Shown: positions 41,242 through 51,796, numbered from the stretch's first letter. The stretch: 64,000 bases of DNA from Longimicrobiales bacterium (GCA_965249725.1 CBDFMQ010000002.1:832001-896000), one strand, 5' to 3'. Translations and numbers: made by a program. The notes: generated by a model not told the origin, from the sequence alone.

Positions 41242-42654
41242 GTGACCATTCCAGAGCACATCTTCAGGCAATACGACGTCCGGGGCCTCGTCGCGACTGA
41301 ACTCACGCCTGAGGTCGCCCAGGCCGTGGGCCGAGCCTATGGCACCATGGCCCGCGAGCGGCTGGGCAGGTCGCCCCAAATCGCGGTCGGCGAAGACAAT
41401 CGGCCTTCCTCTCCGGAATTGGCCTCTGCATTGATCCGTGGCCTCACCGGTGCGGGCGCCGACGTGGTTCACGTCGGGATCGTGCCCACGCCGACGCTTT
41501 ACTGGTCCGAAAAGACACTCTCCACCGACGGCGGCATCCAGATCACGGGTTCTCACAACCCGCCGGAGTGGAATGGCATCAAGATGACGCTCCAGGGTGC
41601 CTCCGTGTACGGTGAGGCCATTCAGGATCTCAAGCGCCGGATCGTTGCCGGCGGCGGTGGGGGCGACGGTGGGGGCGACGGTGGGGGTACAGGTGGGGGT
41701 ACAGGAAACGAAGAAGGAGGGATCGAGCGGGTCGAAGTGCTCGATCGCTACATCGATGATCTTGCGGGACGATTCGACCTTCCGGGTCCCGTCAAGGTCG
41801 TGTTGGACTGCGGCAATGGCGCGGGATCACTGGTGGGTGCCGCCCTGCTGCAGCAGATCGGGGCCGAGGTCGTTCCGCTCTACTGCGAGTCCGACGGGAC
41901 GTTCCCGAATCACCACCCGGATCCGACGGTCGATGAGTATCTCGTGGATCTCATCGACACCGTGCGGCGGGAGGGAGCCGACGTGGGGATCGGGTTCGAT
42001 GGAGACGCCGACCGCATCGGCGCCGTCGATGAAAACGGAACCATCGTACGGGGGGACATCTTGTTGCTGCTGCTGGGACTCGACGTCCTTCGCAAGCGTG
42101 GTCCCGGGGCGAAGCTCATCTTCGATGTGAAGTGTTCTCAGGTGTTGCCCGACGAGTTCGCCAAGGCGGGCGGCGAGCCGATCATGTGGATGACCGGCCA
42201 TTCGCTCATCAAGGAGAAAATGCGGGAGACCGGGGCCTTGGTCGCGGGCGAGCTATCGGGTCATATCTGTCTGGCGGACGACTACTTTGGATTCGACGAC
42301 GCGCCGTACGATGCTTGCCGTTTGGTGGACCTTATCGCACGCTCCTCACGTAGCTTCTCGGAGATGGTGTCTGATTTTCCGGTTTACGTCTCGACGCCAG
42401 AGCTTCGCATCGAGGTGACCGAAGAGTCGAAGTTCGGCCTTATGCAGGCGGCACAGGAGCACTTCAAGAAGAGTCGCGAGGTGATCGACGTAGACGGGGC
42501 ACGCATTCTCTTCGAAGACGGCTGGGGACTCCTCAGAGCTTCGAACACGCAGCCGGTCATCGTCGCTCGTTACGAAGCTCGAACGGAGGAAGGTTTGCAC
42601 GCTATCAGAGACGAGATCGAGTCGTGGCTCCGAAGCCAAGGCGTGGAGCTCTGA
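41242..42654 (+). CDS. Phosphomannomutase/phosphoglucomutase
   Basis: IFRQYDVRG, TGSHNP, FDGDADR, GELSGH, RASNTQP. Confidence 0.93.
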   Translation: MTIPEHIFRQYDVRGLVATELTPEVAQAVGRAYGTMARERLGRSPQIAVGEDNRPSSPELASALIRGLTGAGADVVHVGIVPTPTLYWSEKTLSTDGGIQITGSHNPPEWNGIKMTLQGASVYGEAIQDLKRRIVAGGGGGDGGGDGGGTGGGTGNEEGGIERVEVLDRYIDDLAGRFDLPGPVKVVLDCGNGAGSLVGAALLQQIGAEVVPLYCESDGTFPNHHPDPTVDEYLVDLIDTVRREGADVGIGFDGDADRIGAVDENGTIVRGDILLLLLGLDVLRKRGPGAKLIFDVKCSQVLPDEFAKAGGEPIMWMTGHSLIKEKMRETGALVAGELSGHICLADDYFGFDDAPYDACRLVDLIARSSRSFSEMVSDFPVYVSTPELRIEVTEESKFGLMQAAQEHFKKSREVIDVDGARILFEDGWGLLRASNTQPVIVARYEARTEEGLHAIRDEIESWLRSQGVEL

Positions 42655-42655
42655 C

Positions 42656-45424
42656 ATGAAGCTCGGGGAACTGCGGGGTGGACGCTTCTTGCTGGTGGGC
42701 GTTGGCGCTCTGCTCGCATTGCTGCTGTTCGGAAGGGCGGCATCCAGCGCCTACGTCGAGATCCTCTGGTTCGATGCCGTCGGCTATTCGTCCGTGTTCT
42801 GGACCCGGATCCTGTGGGAGTGGGGCATCCGCTTGGCCGGGGCCATCGTCGTGGCGGTCGCCATCTTCGCGAACTTCAGGATCGTGGCTCGGACCCTCGG
42901 CGGACTGAGGATCAAGCGACGCGTGGGCGACCTCGTGATCTCTGAGCAGCTCCCAGAGGCCTACGTGTTCTGGGGGATCCTCCTGATTTCGGCGCTGATG
43001 GGAGCCTGGTTCGGGGCCTCGATCCCGAGAGCCATGGGGCTTCAGGTGCTGTTCCTCCTCAAGGCCCCGGTCTGGGGTCTCGTAGATCCGATCCTGGCCA
43101 AGGACATGACCTTCTACGTTATCCTGCTGCCCGTGCTCGGGGCGTTGGTGACCTTCGGCATGGTCGTGGTTTTCCTGGTATTCACGCTGGCCTGCGCGGG
43201 CTACGCGGCGACGGGTGCCCTCCAATGGGGACGCGGCCGAGTCGACATCGAGGATCAGCCTCGCACTCACCTGACCGTCATCGTCGCTTCGTTCTTCGCT
43301 TTCATGGCCATCCGTTTTTGGCTCGGGAGATACCTGCTACTTCTCGACGGGACTTCAGGCGTGCAGAGCATCTTCGGATATGCGGATGCCGAAGCCCGAC
43401 TCGCGGCGTTGCGTATCCTGGCCGTGCTGTCCGCGTTCGCCGGCATCGGGACGCTCTGGGGTGGGCTGAAGGCACGGCTTCTTCCGGCCGGCGCGATGGT
43501 CGGAGCCCTCGTGATCGGGGGCGTGGTGGTGGGCCAGGCCTACCCGGCCTTCGTTCAGCGATTCCGGGTGGAGCCCAACGAGCTGGACCGTGAGACGCCC
43601 TTCATCGAGCACAACATCCACTTTACCCTCGCCGGATTCGATCTGCTGGAGTTGGAGAGGCGGGAATTCCAATACGAGCAGGACATTGAGGTCGACTGGC
43701 AGGCAGCGGCTGTGCAGTTCAGCGGTCTGCCGGTATGGAGTTCACAGGCTCTCCTCACCACGTTCCGGGAGCTCGAGGCACGGTTCCCCTACTATGATTT
43801 CTCGAGCGTGACGGTGGATCGATACGAGACGCCCCAGGGAACGGTCCCGGTCGCGCTCTCGGTACGAGAGATTCTGCCGAGGGGCATCCAAGATCCCAAC
43901 TGGCAGAACCTGCACCTGCGTGACCTCTACATCCGAGGCATGGGTGCGGTGGTGAGTGCTGCGGGGTCCCGGACCCCACAGGGGCGGCCTCCCATGTTCG
44001 TATCCGGCATTCCGCCGGAGTTCACCGAGGATGGCTTCAGTCCCGAGGGCCTTCGTCTCACGCGACCGGAGGTCTACGTCGGCACCCGGCGACAGAGCTT
44101 TGCCATCGTGGACCCGCTTCAGCAGACGGCACCCGACGGTGGCCCGGCCCGCCCCGGAGTCGACTTCCCGAGGGGCATAGAACTCAGTTCGCCTCTGCGC
44201 ACGCTGGCCCTGGCCTGGCAGGCGAGGGATGCCAACCTCCTGTTTGCATCCGAGGTGACCAGCACGAGCCGGTTCCTCTTTCGGAGAGATGTCCTCGACC
44301 GGGTCGTCCGAATATCCGGACCTCTTCTGCGCTATCCCGACGAGCCCTATCCGGTGATCCACGATGGTCACGTGGTCTGGATTCTGGAGGGGTTCACGGG
44401 GACTCGCTGGTTCCCTCTGTCCACCACGCACAACCTGGAGGCCGGACGGCCGGTCCGGTACGCCCGGAACAGCGTCAAGGTCGTCGTGGACGGGGTCACC
44501 GGGGACGTGACGTTCTACGTGGCCGACGAGGAGGATCAGCTGCTCAATGTGTATCGGCAGGGCTTCCCGACGCTCTTCAGGCCCATCGACGAAATGCCTG
44601 AAAATCTCCGAAACCATGTCCGCTATTCGCGGACCATGCTGGACCTCCAGTCGCGGGTGCTCAATCGATACCATCAGGAGAGCGCCCCGGTCTTTCATGG
44701 ACAGCAGGACGTCTGGGAGTTGCCGCAGGAGCTCGCTCAAGGCTCGACACCGGTGCCGTACCGGGCCGACTACGGGATCTACCGTCTGCCCGGCGAGACC
44801 GAAGCGAGCTTTCTGCTGACCTCCGTGTTCGTGCCACGGGGCCGCCAGAATCTGACGGCCATCCTGACGGCCCGCAGCGATGGGGATCGCTATGGAGAGT
44901 TGGTCCTGTTCGATGTCCTCGTCGAGGATCAGGCTCCGGGCCCCCGTCAGATAGAGGCTCTCATCGAGCAGGATCCGCTGATCTCACAACAGTTCTCGCT
45001 GTGGCGCACGGGAGGTAGCCAGGTGTGGACCGGGCACCTCCACCTCGTGCCCGTCGGCGGGACCCTGTTGTACATGGAGCCGGTGTTCTTGGCGGCGGAG
45101 GCGGATGCCATTCCGGAGCTGAGGAGGTTCGTGGTCAGCGACGGCCGACGCGTGGCGATGGAGGCGACGCTGCCGGAGGCCATCCAAGCCCTGGCCTCGA
45201 TGGCGGGCGACGCGCCGCCGGTGCTTCAGCCTGCTCTGGAGCCGGGTCCGACGGGTGCTGACCCGTCGTCTCCTCTAGACAGGAGCCAGTGGCCGGCCGA
45301 GGCGTTGACCCTTCTGGAAGATGCCGAGGGCGCGTTGCGGGCCGGGGACTTCGAGGGATTCGGGAACGCCCTGGACGAACTCAAAGCGCTACTGCAGCGT
45401 CTCTCAGAGGACAGTGGCAACTAG
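42656..45424 (+). CDS. UPF0182 family membrane protein
   Basis: EILWF, VEPNELDRETPFI, YARNSVKVVVD, LLYMEPVF. Confidence 0.9.
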   Translation: MKLGELRGGRFLLVGVGALLALLLFGRAASSAYVEILWFDAVGYSSVFWTRILWEWGIRLAGAIVVAVAIFANFRIVARTLGGLRIKRRVGDLVISEQLPEAYVFWGILLISALMGAWFGASIPRAMGLQVLFLLKAPVWGLVDPILAKDMTFYVILLPVLGALVTFGMVVVFLVFTLACAGYAATGALQWGRGRVDIEDQPRTHLTVIVASFFAFMAIRFWLGRYLLLLDGTSGVQSIFGYADAEARLAALRILAVLSAFAGIGTLWGGLKARLLPAGAMVGALVIGGVVVGQAYPAFVQRFRVEPNELDRETPFIEHNIHFTLAGFDLLELERREFQYEQDIEVDWQAAAVQFSGLPVWSSQALLTTFRELEARFPYYDFSSVTVDRYETPQGTVPVALSVREILPRGIQDPNWQNLHLRDLYIRGMGAVVSAAGSRTPQGRPPMFVSGIPPEFTEDGFSPEGLRLTRPEVYVGTRRQSFAIVDPLQQTAPDGGPARPGVDFPRGIELSSPLRTLALAWQARDANLLFASEVTSTSRFLFRRDVLDRVVRISGPLLRYPDEPYPVIHDGHVVWILEGFTGTRWFPLSTTHNLEAGRPVRYARNSVKVVVDGVTGDVTFYVADEEDQLLNVYRQGFPTLFRPIDEMPENLRNHVRYSRTMLDLQSRVLNRYHQESAPVFHGQQDVWELPQELAQGSTPVPYRADYGIYRLPGETEASFLLTSVFVPRGRQNLTAILTARSDGDRYGELVLFDVLVEDQAPGPRQIEALIEQDPLISQQFSLWRTGGSQVWTGHLHLVPVGGTLLYMEPVFLAAEADAIPELRRFVVSDGRRVAMEATLPEAIQALASMAGDAPPVLQPALEPGPTGADPSSPLDRSQWPAEALTLLEDAEGALRAGDFEGFGNALDELKALLQRLSEDSGN

Positions 45425-45560
45425 TCTCGATTCGGCTTGATCGCCCTCTCGAGGCTGGGTAGTTTCAGGTCCCTCGCAGGCTCCGCCTCACGGCGCGTGA
45501 TGACGTCATCGCCGGAGCTATTTCGATTGGTCGTTTCGACTTCGAGCCCGACTAGCATAC

Positions 45561-46697
45561 ATGAATATTCACGAGTATCAGGCGAAGGACATTCTTCGCG
45601 CCCACGGCATTCCCGTACCGCCCGGTGAGGTGGCTACGACGGCAGACGAGGCCGTCCGGATCGCCGAAAGCTACGGCGGTATGGTCGTCGTGAAGGCACA
45701 GGTCCACTCCGGAGGACGGGGTAAGGCCGGGGGAGTGAAGTTGGCCAAGACCTCGGAGGAGGTCAGAGAGCACGCCGAGAACATCCTCGGAATGACCATC
45801 TCGGGACTCACGGTAGAGAAGGTGTTGATCACACCTGCAGAGGACATCGACACCGAGGCCTATGTCGGGGTCCTGGTCGATCGCGCATCTCAGGCCGCCA
45901 CGTTCATGGTCTCGTCCGAGGGAGGGATCGACATCGAGGAGGTGGCGCACACCAATCCGGATGCCATCCGCAAGCTCACCGTCGATCCCCGCTATGGGTT
46001 GATGGGCCACCAGGCCTATTGGCTGGCGAACGCGCTCTACGACGATCCGGCGTTGATCAAGCAAGCGTCCAAGATCATACGGCTGCTCTACGAGGCGTTC
46101 ACTGCGAGTGGCGGCTCAATGGTGGAGATCAATCCGTTGATCACCACTACCGGCGGGGAAGTGAAGGCCATCGATGCCAAGATGAGCATCGACGACAGTG
46201 AGCTGTTCAGGCAGCCCGAGATCGCCGCGTACCGCGATCTGTCGGCGGAGCCATGGGCCGAGACGAAGGCCCGTGAGTCCAGCCTCAGCTACGTGAAGCT
46301 CGACGGCAACGTGGGTTGCTGCGTGAACGGCGCCGGGCTGGCGATGGCCACCATGGACCTGGTGAAGTACTACGGAGGAGAGCCGGCGAACTTCCTGGAC
46401 ATCGGGGGATCCTCGAATCCGGAGAAGGTCGTGGCCGCCCTCGAGATCATCACTTCCGATCCGAATGTGGATGTGATTCTCTTCAACATCTTCGGAGGGA
46501 TCACGCGCGGCGACGATGTCGCGAGAGGCATCGTTGAGGCGACGCGTCGCATCGACATCAAGCCGCCCATCGTGATACGGCTGACGGGGACCAACGAGAA
46601 GGAAGGACTCGAGATCCTGTCGGAGGCGGGATTCTCGGCGTTCACCTCCATGGACGACGTCGTCGAGCGCGCGGTTCAGATGGCCGCAGAGGCATGA
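45561..46697 (+). CDS. sucC: Succinyl-CoA synthetase beta subunit
   Basis: MNIHEYQAK, GGRGKAGGV, NGAGLAMAT, NIFGGI. Confidence 0.96.
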   Translation: MNIHEYQAKDILRAHGIPVPPGEVATTADEAVRIAESYGGMVVVKAQVHSGGRGKAGGVKLAKTSEEVREHAENILGMTISGLTVEKVLITPAEDIDTEAYVGVLVDRASQAATFMVSSEGGIDIEEVAHTNPDAIRKLTVDPRYGLMGHQAYWLANALYDDPALIKQASKIIRLLYEAFTASGGSMVEINPLITTTGGEVKAIDAKMSIDDSELFRQPEIAAYRDLSAEPWAETKARESSLSYVKLDGNVGCCVNGAGLAMATMDLVKYYGGEPANFLDIGGSSNPEKVVAALEIITSDPNVDVILFNIFGGITRGDDVARGIVEATRRIDIKPPIVIRLTGTNEKEGLEILSEAGFSAFTSMDDVVERAVQMAAEA

Positions 46698-46734
46698 TAC
46701 CTGCAACCACTATGACGAACTAACGAGACGATAG

Positions 46735-47631
46735 ATGGCAATTCTTGTCGACGAAAACACGAAGCTGGTCGTCCAGGGCATTACCGGCCGGGACGGATCG
46801 TTCCACACGGCTCAGATGATCGAGTACGGGACGAACGTCGTGGCGGGAGTTACGCCCGGGAAGGGGGGCCAGTCCTTCGAGGGGCCGAACCGCACGTCCG
46901 TTCCCATTTTCAATTCGATGGACCGAGCGGTCGCCGAGACCGGTGCGAACACTTCGATCGTCTACGTACCCCCTGCATTCGCTGCTGGCGCTGTCGAAGA
47001 GGCCGCCGACGCGGGCGTTGAGCTGGTCGTGGCGATCACAGAAGGAGTACCGGTCCTCGATATGGCGCGCGCGCACGTATTCGCGCGAGATCGGGGTGCC
47101 CGGGTCCTGGGTCCGAACTGCCCCGGGGTGATTTCTCCCGGCAAGGCGAAGGTGGGGATCATTCCGGATCAGATCGTGACGCCCGGACCCGTCGGGGTGA
47201 TTTCCCGCTCGGGGACGCTCACGTATGAGGCCGTCATTCACCTCACCAACGCCGGTATTGGGCAGACGACCTGTGTCGGCATCGGAGGGGACCCACTGAT
47301 CGGCACCAACTTCGTGGACGCTCTCGAGGCCTTTTCCACCGATGGCGACACGCAGGCCATCGTGATGATCGGCGAGATCGGTGGCACCGACGAGCAGGAA
47401 GCGGCGACCTGGGTGAAGGAGAATCTGGATATTCCGGTGGTTGGCTTCATCGCCGGTCAGACGGCACCTCCGGGTCGACGGATGGGGCACGCGGGTGCGA
47501 TCATAAGCGGTTCCGCCGGAACGGCCGAGGAGAAGACCAAGGCGTTCGAAGACAACGGAATTCAGGTGGCGCAGCGCCCCGTGGACATCGTGGGTTTGAT
47601 TGAAGAGGCCCTCGGAGCAAAGACTGGTTGA
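46735..47631 (+). CDS. sucD: Succinyl-CoA synthetase alpha subunit
   Basis: [27 protein letters not shown]. Confidence 0.96.
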   Translation: MAILVDENTKLVVQGITGRDGSFHTAQMIEYGTNVVAGVTPGKGGQSFEGPNRTSVPIFNSMDRAVAETGANTSIVYVPPAFAAGAVEEAADAGVELVVAITEGVPVLDMARAHVFARDRGARVLGPNCPGVISPGKAKVGIIPDQIVTPGPVGVISRSGTLTYEAVIHLTNAGIGQTTCVGIGGDPLIGTNFVDALEAFSTDGDTQAIVMIGEIGGTDEQEAATWVKENLDIPVVGFIAGQTAPPGRRMGHAGAIISGSAGTAEEKTKAFEDNGIQVAQRPVDIVGLIEEALGAKTG

Positions 47632-47650
47632 GTCCGAAACGGACGTACCC

Positions 47651-48538
47651 ATGAAGCTCATCGACCTACTCGGCGACGACGGAATTCTCATCCCGTTGGA
47701 CGCATCCGATCTGGAAGCGGCCCTCACGGCGGCTTTCGAGGTCGTTGAGGGTTTCACGAGCGACAAGGCTGCCCGCGTAGCGATCGACCTCGCCACGGGG
47801 TCCACAGGTGACGTGGTCCGGGCTCATGATGAAATCGTCGTCGTGCTCGCTCAGGAAGAGACCCTCGAGTCGGTATCGGCGGTCCTTGGCGTATCACCTG
47901 TGCCCTTCGACGTCGGTGGGACAGAAGAGCCGGCGACGGCACGGGTCCTGATGCTGCTGGTGACCCCGCGTCGGTTCGCGACCTTGAAGCATCAGATGCT
48001 GCCGGCGTTGCTCCGCTTCTTCCGTGAGGAGGAGAGGGCGGGGCCACTCGTTGCGGCAGAGTCGGTAGACTCGGTGAAGGGGCTCAAGGGCCTCATGGAA
48101 TTGGAGCTTCACGAGAGGCTGTTGGTGGAGGATGTGCTCTCACCCCTCCAGTACCGGGTCTATCCGGACACCCCCTATACCGAGGTGGTGGACCTGATGG
48201 TGAGGCGCGGGCTCAAGTCGGTACCGGTGGTCGGCGAGGACTACGAGTTCCTCGGGATCATCACGACCGGTGATGCGATGAAGTATGTAGTCGCCAAGAG
48301 TCAAACGGAGGACTCGGGGGACTCGACCGCCGCGGGGCCTCCAGTGGAGGCGACGGCAAGGGAGATCATGACGAGAAGCGTCATGTGTGTCTCCGAGGAC
48401 CAAAGCCTGATGGAGGCGGCATTCATCATGGTGAACAGGGATGTAGAGGAGCTCCCGGTGATTCGCGAAGGCGAGATGGTCGGCTTTCTCACTCGGGGAG
48501 AGGTTCTGCGGATGCTATTCGGGCCCGCAGAGAGTTGA
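47651..48538 (+). CDS. Degenerate PTS-EIIA-like domain fused to a CBS pair
   Basis: N-terminal fold pattern (LLGDDGILIPLDASD...LGVSPVP...LMLLVTP) plus two CBS repeats (VPVV..FLGIIT; LPVI..MVGFLT). Confidence 0.7.
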   Translation: MKLIDLLGDDGILIPLDASDLEAALTAAFEVVEGFTSDKAARVAIDLATGSTGDVVRAHDEIVVVLAQEETLESVSAVLGVSPVPFDVGGTEEPATARVLMLLVTPRRFATLKHQMLPALLRFFREEERAGPLVAAESVDSVKGLKGLMELELHERLLVEDVLSPLQYRVYPDTPYTEVVDLMVRRGLKSVPVVGEDYEFLGIITTGDAMKYVVAKSQTEDSGDSTAAGPPVEATAREIMTRSVMCVSEDQSLMEAAFIMVNRDVEELPVIREGEMVGFLTRGEVLRMLFGPAES

Positions 48539-48566
48539 GAGACGTTTACTGGAGGAATGAAGCTAT

Positions 48567-48986
48567 ATGAGTTTGACGCTCGCGATCATCAAGCCGGACG
48601 CAGTCGGGTCCGACCTGGCGGGGAAAGTACTCGCGCACCTGCAGGGCGCGGGGTTCACGGTGCGCGCCTTGAAGATGACGCGCCTGGGCCCGGAACAGGC
48701 GGGTGCGTTCTACGAAGTGCACCGGGAACGGCCATTCTATGACTCGCTTGTGAGCTTCATGACCTCGGGTCCGGTCATTCCCATGATTCTCGAGGCCGAC
48801 GATGCCGTAGCCAAGCTCAGGCAGGTCATCGGTGCGACCGATCCGGCGGAAGCAGACGAAGGCACGGCCCGGAAGCTCTTCGCCGAGTCCAAGGAAAGAA
48901 ACGCCATTCACGCGTCTGATTCCGATGAGAATGCCGCCGCCGAGATCGCTTTCTTCTTCTCGCGACACGAGCGTCTCGGACTCTAG
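48567..48986 (+). CDS. ndk: Nucleoside diphosphate kinase
   Basis: [24 protein letters not shown]. Confidence 0.96.
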   Translation: MSLTLAIIKPDAVGSDLAGKVLAHLQGAGFTVRALKMTRLGPEQAGAFYEVHRERPFYDSLVSFMTSGPVIPMILEADDAVAKLRQVIGATDPAEADEGTARKLFAESKERNAIHASDSDENAAAEIAFFFSRHERLGL

Positions 48987-49017
48987 CTGTAGTGAGGCCT
49001 GACGGGCCTTTCCCGCG

Positions 49018-49046
49018 TTGACTCCCCTAAAGCGTTGGGGTAGCTT
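49018..49046 (+). promoter_or_regulatory. Putative sigma-70 promoter of the yceD-rpmF-plsX-fab operon
   Basis: TTGACT-N17-TAGCTT; -10 ends 8 nt before the ATG. Confidence 0.55.
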
Positions 49047-49054
49047 TTTCGTCT

Positions 49055-49564
49055 ATGCTCAGAGTTGACCTGGGTCTCCTGGAGCGGAAGCAATCGCTCC
49101 AGGTAGAGGGATTCCTCGAGCCGGATCAGCATTCCTTCGAGGGGTGTGGATTCGTTCTCGAGAACCCGCTCCACGTGGCGCTTACGGCCGCGTGGGCCGG
49201 TTCGGGTGAGATGGTGGTACGGGGCACGATGAAGGGCTCCGTTCGGCAAGGCTGTCGCCGCTGTCTCGAACCGTTCGGTCGGGTTGTGAACAGCGAAGTC
49301 ACGATGGTGTTCGCTTCCCCGGAGATCCTGGACGACGACGATGAGGAAACACGCCGCATCGAGCGTGGCGAGCGTGAGATTGACCTGGGACCGCATCTTC
49401 GCGATGAGTTGATCCTGTTGGTACCGATGTATGTGGAGTGCCGAGAGGACTGCAAAGGACTGTGCGCGGGGTGTGGAGCGAATCTGAACGAGACTGATTG
49501 TCAGTGCTCGACGGAGGACATGGACCCGAGATGGGATGCCCTTCGAGCACATAAGAACGAGTGA
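49055..49564 (+). CDS. yceD: DUF177/YceD family protein
   Basis: CRRCL, CREDCKGLCAGCGANLN, DPRWDAL; directly upstream of rpmF. Confidence 0.9.
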   Translation: MLRVDLGLLERKQSLQVEGFLEPDQHSFEGCGFVLENPLHVALTAAWAGSGEMVVRGTMKGSVRQGCRRCLEPFGRVVNSEVTMVFASPEILDDDDEETRRIERGEREIDLGPHLRDELILLVPMYVECREDCKGLCAGCGANLNETDCQCSTEDMDPRWDALRAHKNE

Positions 49565-49572
49565 GTTGAGAG

Positions 49573-49755
49573 ATGGCCGTTCCGAAGAAGAAGATCTCGA
49601 AGCAGCGTAAGCGTAAGCGCCGGACGCACTACAAGGCCGAGCCTGTGGTGACCAACACCTGCTCACGTTGCGGGGATCCGAAGATCCCACATCGGGTGTG
49701 CCCCAGTTGTGGGTACTATGGGGGTGAGCAGGTGATCGAGCCGGATCTGGACTGA
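49573..49755 (+). CDS. rpmF: 50S ribosomal protein L32
   Basis: MAVPKKKISK, CSRC...HRVCPSCGYY. Confidence 0.96.
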   Translation: MAVPKKKISKQRKRKRRTHYKAEPVVTNTCSRCGDPKIPHRVCPSCGYYGGEQVIEPDLD

Positions 49756-49780
49756 CCCTTCGTCGACGGGATCAACCGAG

Positions 49781-50776
49781 GTGCGGATTGCGCTAGATGC
49801 TATGGGCACCGACCAGGCACCGGCCACAGAGGTCGCCGGGGCCGTCAGCGCTCTTCAAGATCCCGGCTCCGACTTCGAGATTCTCCTGGTCGGTGACCGC
49901 GACACTCTGGAATCCGAAGTCGCGCTCCATGGGGATTATCCCGAAGACCGCCTCACGATAGTGCACGCTCCGGACCGCGTCCTGCCGGGCGAGCCTCCAT
50001 CCACGGTCCTCCGTCGCAAGCCTGAATCCTCCATCGCCGTTGGCGTTGGACTCCACAAGAAGGGGGAGGCAGACGCCTTTATCAGTGCCGGATCGACCGG
50101 TGCGGTCATGGCGGCGTCCCTGTTCATCCTACGTCCCCTGCAAGGCGTGGATCGCCCGCCTATCGGGACCATCGTTCCGACGGCCAAGGGTCCGCTGCTG
50201 CTCCTGGACGCCGGTGCAAACGTGGACTGCAAGCCGCACCAGCTCATCCAGTTTGCTCGCCTGGGGAAGGTGTACGCCCAGGACCTCATGGACATCGCCA
50301 GCCCACGCGTCGGACTCCTCAACATCGGGGAGGAACCAAAGAAGGGTGGCGAGTTGGCCGTCGCGACGTACAAAGGCCTCGCCGAGAGCGGTCTCAACTT
50401 CGTCGGCAACATCGAGGGCCGTGGAATCGTCGAGGGCGCGTGCGACGTGTTGGTCTGCGACGGCTTCGTCGGCAATGTGCTTCTCAAATTCTACGAATCC
50501 GTGGCGAGCTTCACGGTGGGCCTTCTCACGAACGCCCTGGGCGAGATCCAGGCGAACAACGACCTGGACGAAGTGTTCCGGTTGCTCGACTATACCGAGA
50601 CCGGTGGAGCTCCCCTCCTGGGCGTGAACGGCATTCCGATCATCTGCCACGGAGGGTCTCCACCCAAGGCGATCCGAAATGCCATCGGTGTGGCCGACCG
50701 GGCCGCTAAAGCTTCGATGGTGTCTCACTTCGAGAAGGAGCTCACGATGCCGGTGGTGGAAGGCGGCATGGTTTGA
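49781..50776 (+). CDS. plsX: Phosphate acyltransferase
   Basis: IALDAMGTD, SAGSTGA, LDAGAN, DGFVGN. Confidence 0.95.
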   Translation: MRIALDAMGTDQAPATEVAGAVSALQDPGSDFEILLVGDRDTLESEVALHGDYPEDRLTIVHAPDRVLPGEPPSTVLRRKPESSIAVGVGLHKKGEADAFISAGSTGAVMAASLFILRPLQGVDRPPIGTIVPTAKGPLLLLDAGANVDCKPHQLIQFARLGKVYAQDLMDIASPRVGLLNIGEEPKKGGELAVATYKGLAESGLNFVGNIEGRGIVEGACDVLVCDGFVGNVLLKFYESVASFTVGLLTNALGEIQANNDLDEVFRLLDYTETGGAPLLGVNGIPIICHGGSPPKAIRNAIGVADRAAKASMVSHFEKELTMPVVEGGMV

Positions 50777-51765
50777 AGACGCCCAAGTCCTTGGTCCAGA
50801 TCGTATCGACCGGACGTTACCTGCCGAATCGTGTGCTCACGAACAAGGAGCTCGAGGGCATGGTGGACACCACGGACCAGTGGATCACCGAGCGCACGGG
50901 CATCAAGGAACGACGGATCGCCGGCGACGACCTGAGCGCAGCCGAGATGGGGGCCCCGGCGGCTCGAATCGCCATGGAACGCGCCGGCGTCGAGCCTGGA
51001 GAGGTCGACATCCTGATCGTGTCGACCGCCACGCCGGACCGCCTGCTCCCCTCCACTGCCTGCGATATTCAGGCTTTGTTGGGAGCCGACAACGCGGTGG
51101 CCTTCGACATCTCGGCCGCGTGTTCGGGATGGCTGTACGGCCTTACCCTCGCAGAGGGATACCTGACCGCCGGTCGCGGCGAGATCGCTCTGGTGGTGGC
51201 TGCAGAGAAGATGAGCTCGATCGTCGACTGGGACGATCGCTCGACCTGCGTGCTTTTCGGAGACGGAGCCGGGGCCGCTGTGGTCCGCCGGTCCGATGGT
51301 GTGAGGGGTATTCTGGGCACCCACCACGGTTCCGACGGCAAGCTCGCCGAGCTCCTGTATCGTCCTGGAGGCGGCACGCTGATGCCGATGGACGCCCAGG
51401 TGCTCGAGAATCGAGATCACCTGGTGAAGATGGCCGGCCGTGAAGTGTTCAAGAACGCAGTGCGATCGATGGCGGAAGGGGCGAACCGGGCCCTCGAGCA
51501 GTCGGGGCTCACAGCCGACGACATCGACTTGATGATTCCCCACCAGGCGAACAACCGGATCATCGAGGCCACGGCCCGCTACTCGGGCATTCCCATGGAG
51601 AAGGTCTACGTCAACGTGGACCGTTATGGGAACATGAGCTCAGCGACGATTCCTGTGGCGATGGACGAAGCCGTCGAAGAAGGTAGGTTGCGTCCGGGTA
51701 TGACCGTCCTGACAGTCGCCTTCGGCGCCGGTCTCACATGGGGGGCCATGGCCCTCCGCTGGTAG
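50773..51765 (+). CDS. fabH: 3-oxoacyl-ACP synthase III
   Basis: AACSG, FGDGAGA, PHQAN, GNMSSA. Confidence 0.95.
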   Translation: MKTPKSLVQIVSTGRYLPNRVLTNKELEGMVDTTDQWITERTGIKERRIAGDDLSAAEMGAPAARIAMERAGVEPGEVDILIVSTATPDRLLPSTACDIQALLGADNAVAFDISAACSGWLYGLTLAEGYLTAGRGEIALVVAAEKMSSIVDWDDRSTCVLFGDGAGAAVVRRSDGVRGILGTHHGSDGKLAELLYRPGGGTLMPMDAQVLENRDHLVKMAGREVFKNAVRSMAEGANRALEQSGLTADDIDLMIPHQANNRIIEATARYSGIPMEKVYVNVDRYGNMSSATIPVAMDEAVEEGRLRPGMTVLTVAFGAGLTWGAMALRW

Positions 51766-51796
51766 ATGCCGCAGCGAACCTGAGAGCGCTTCCAAC

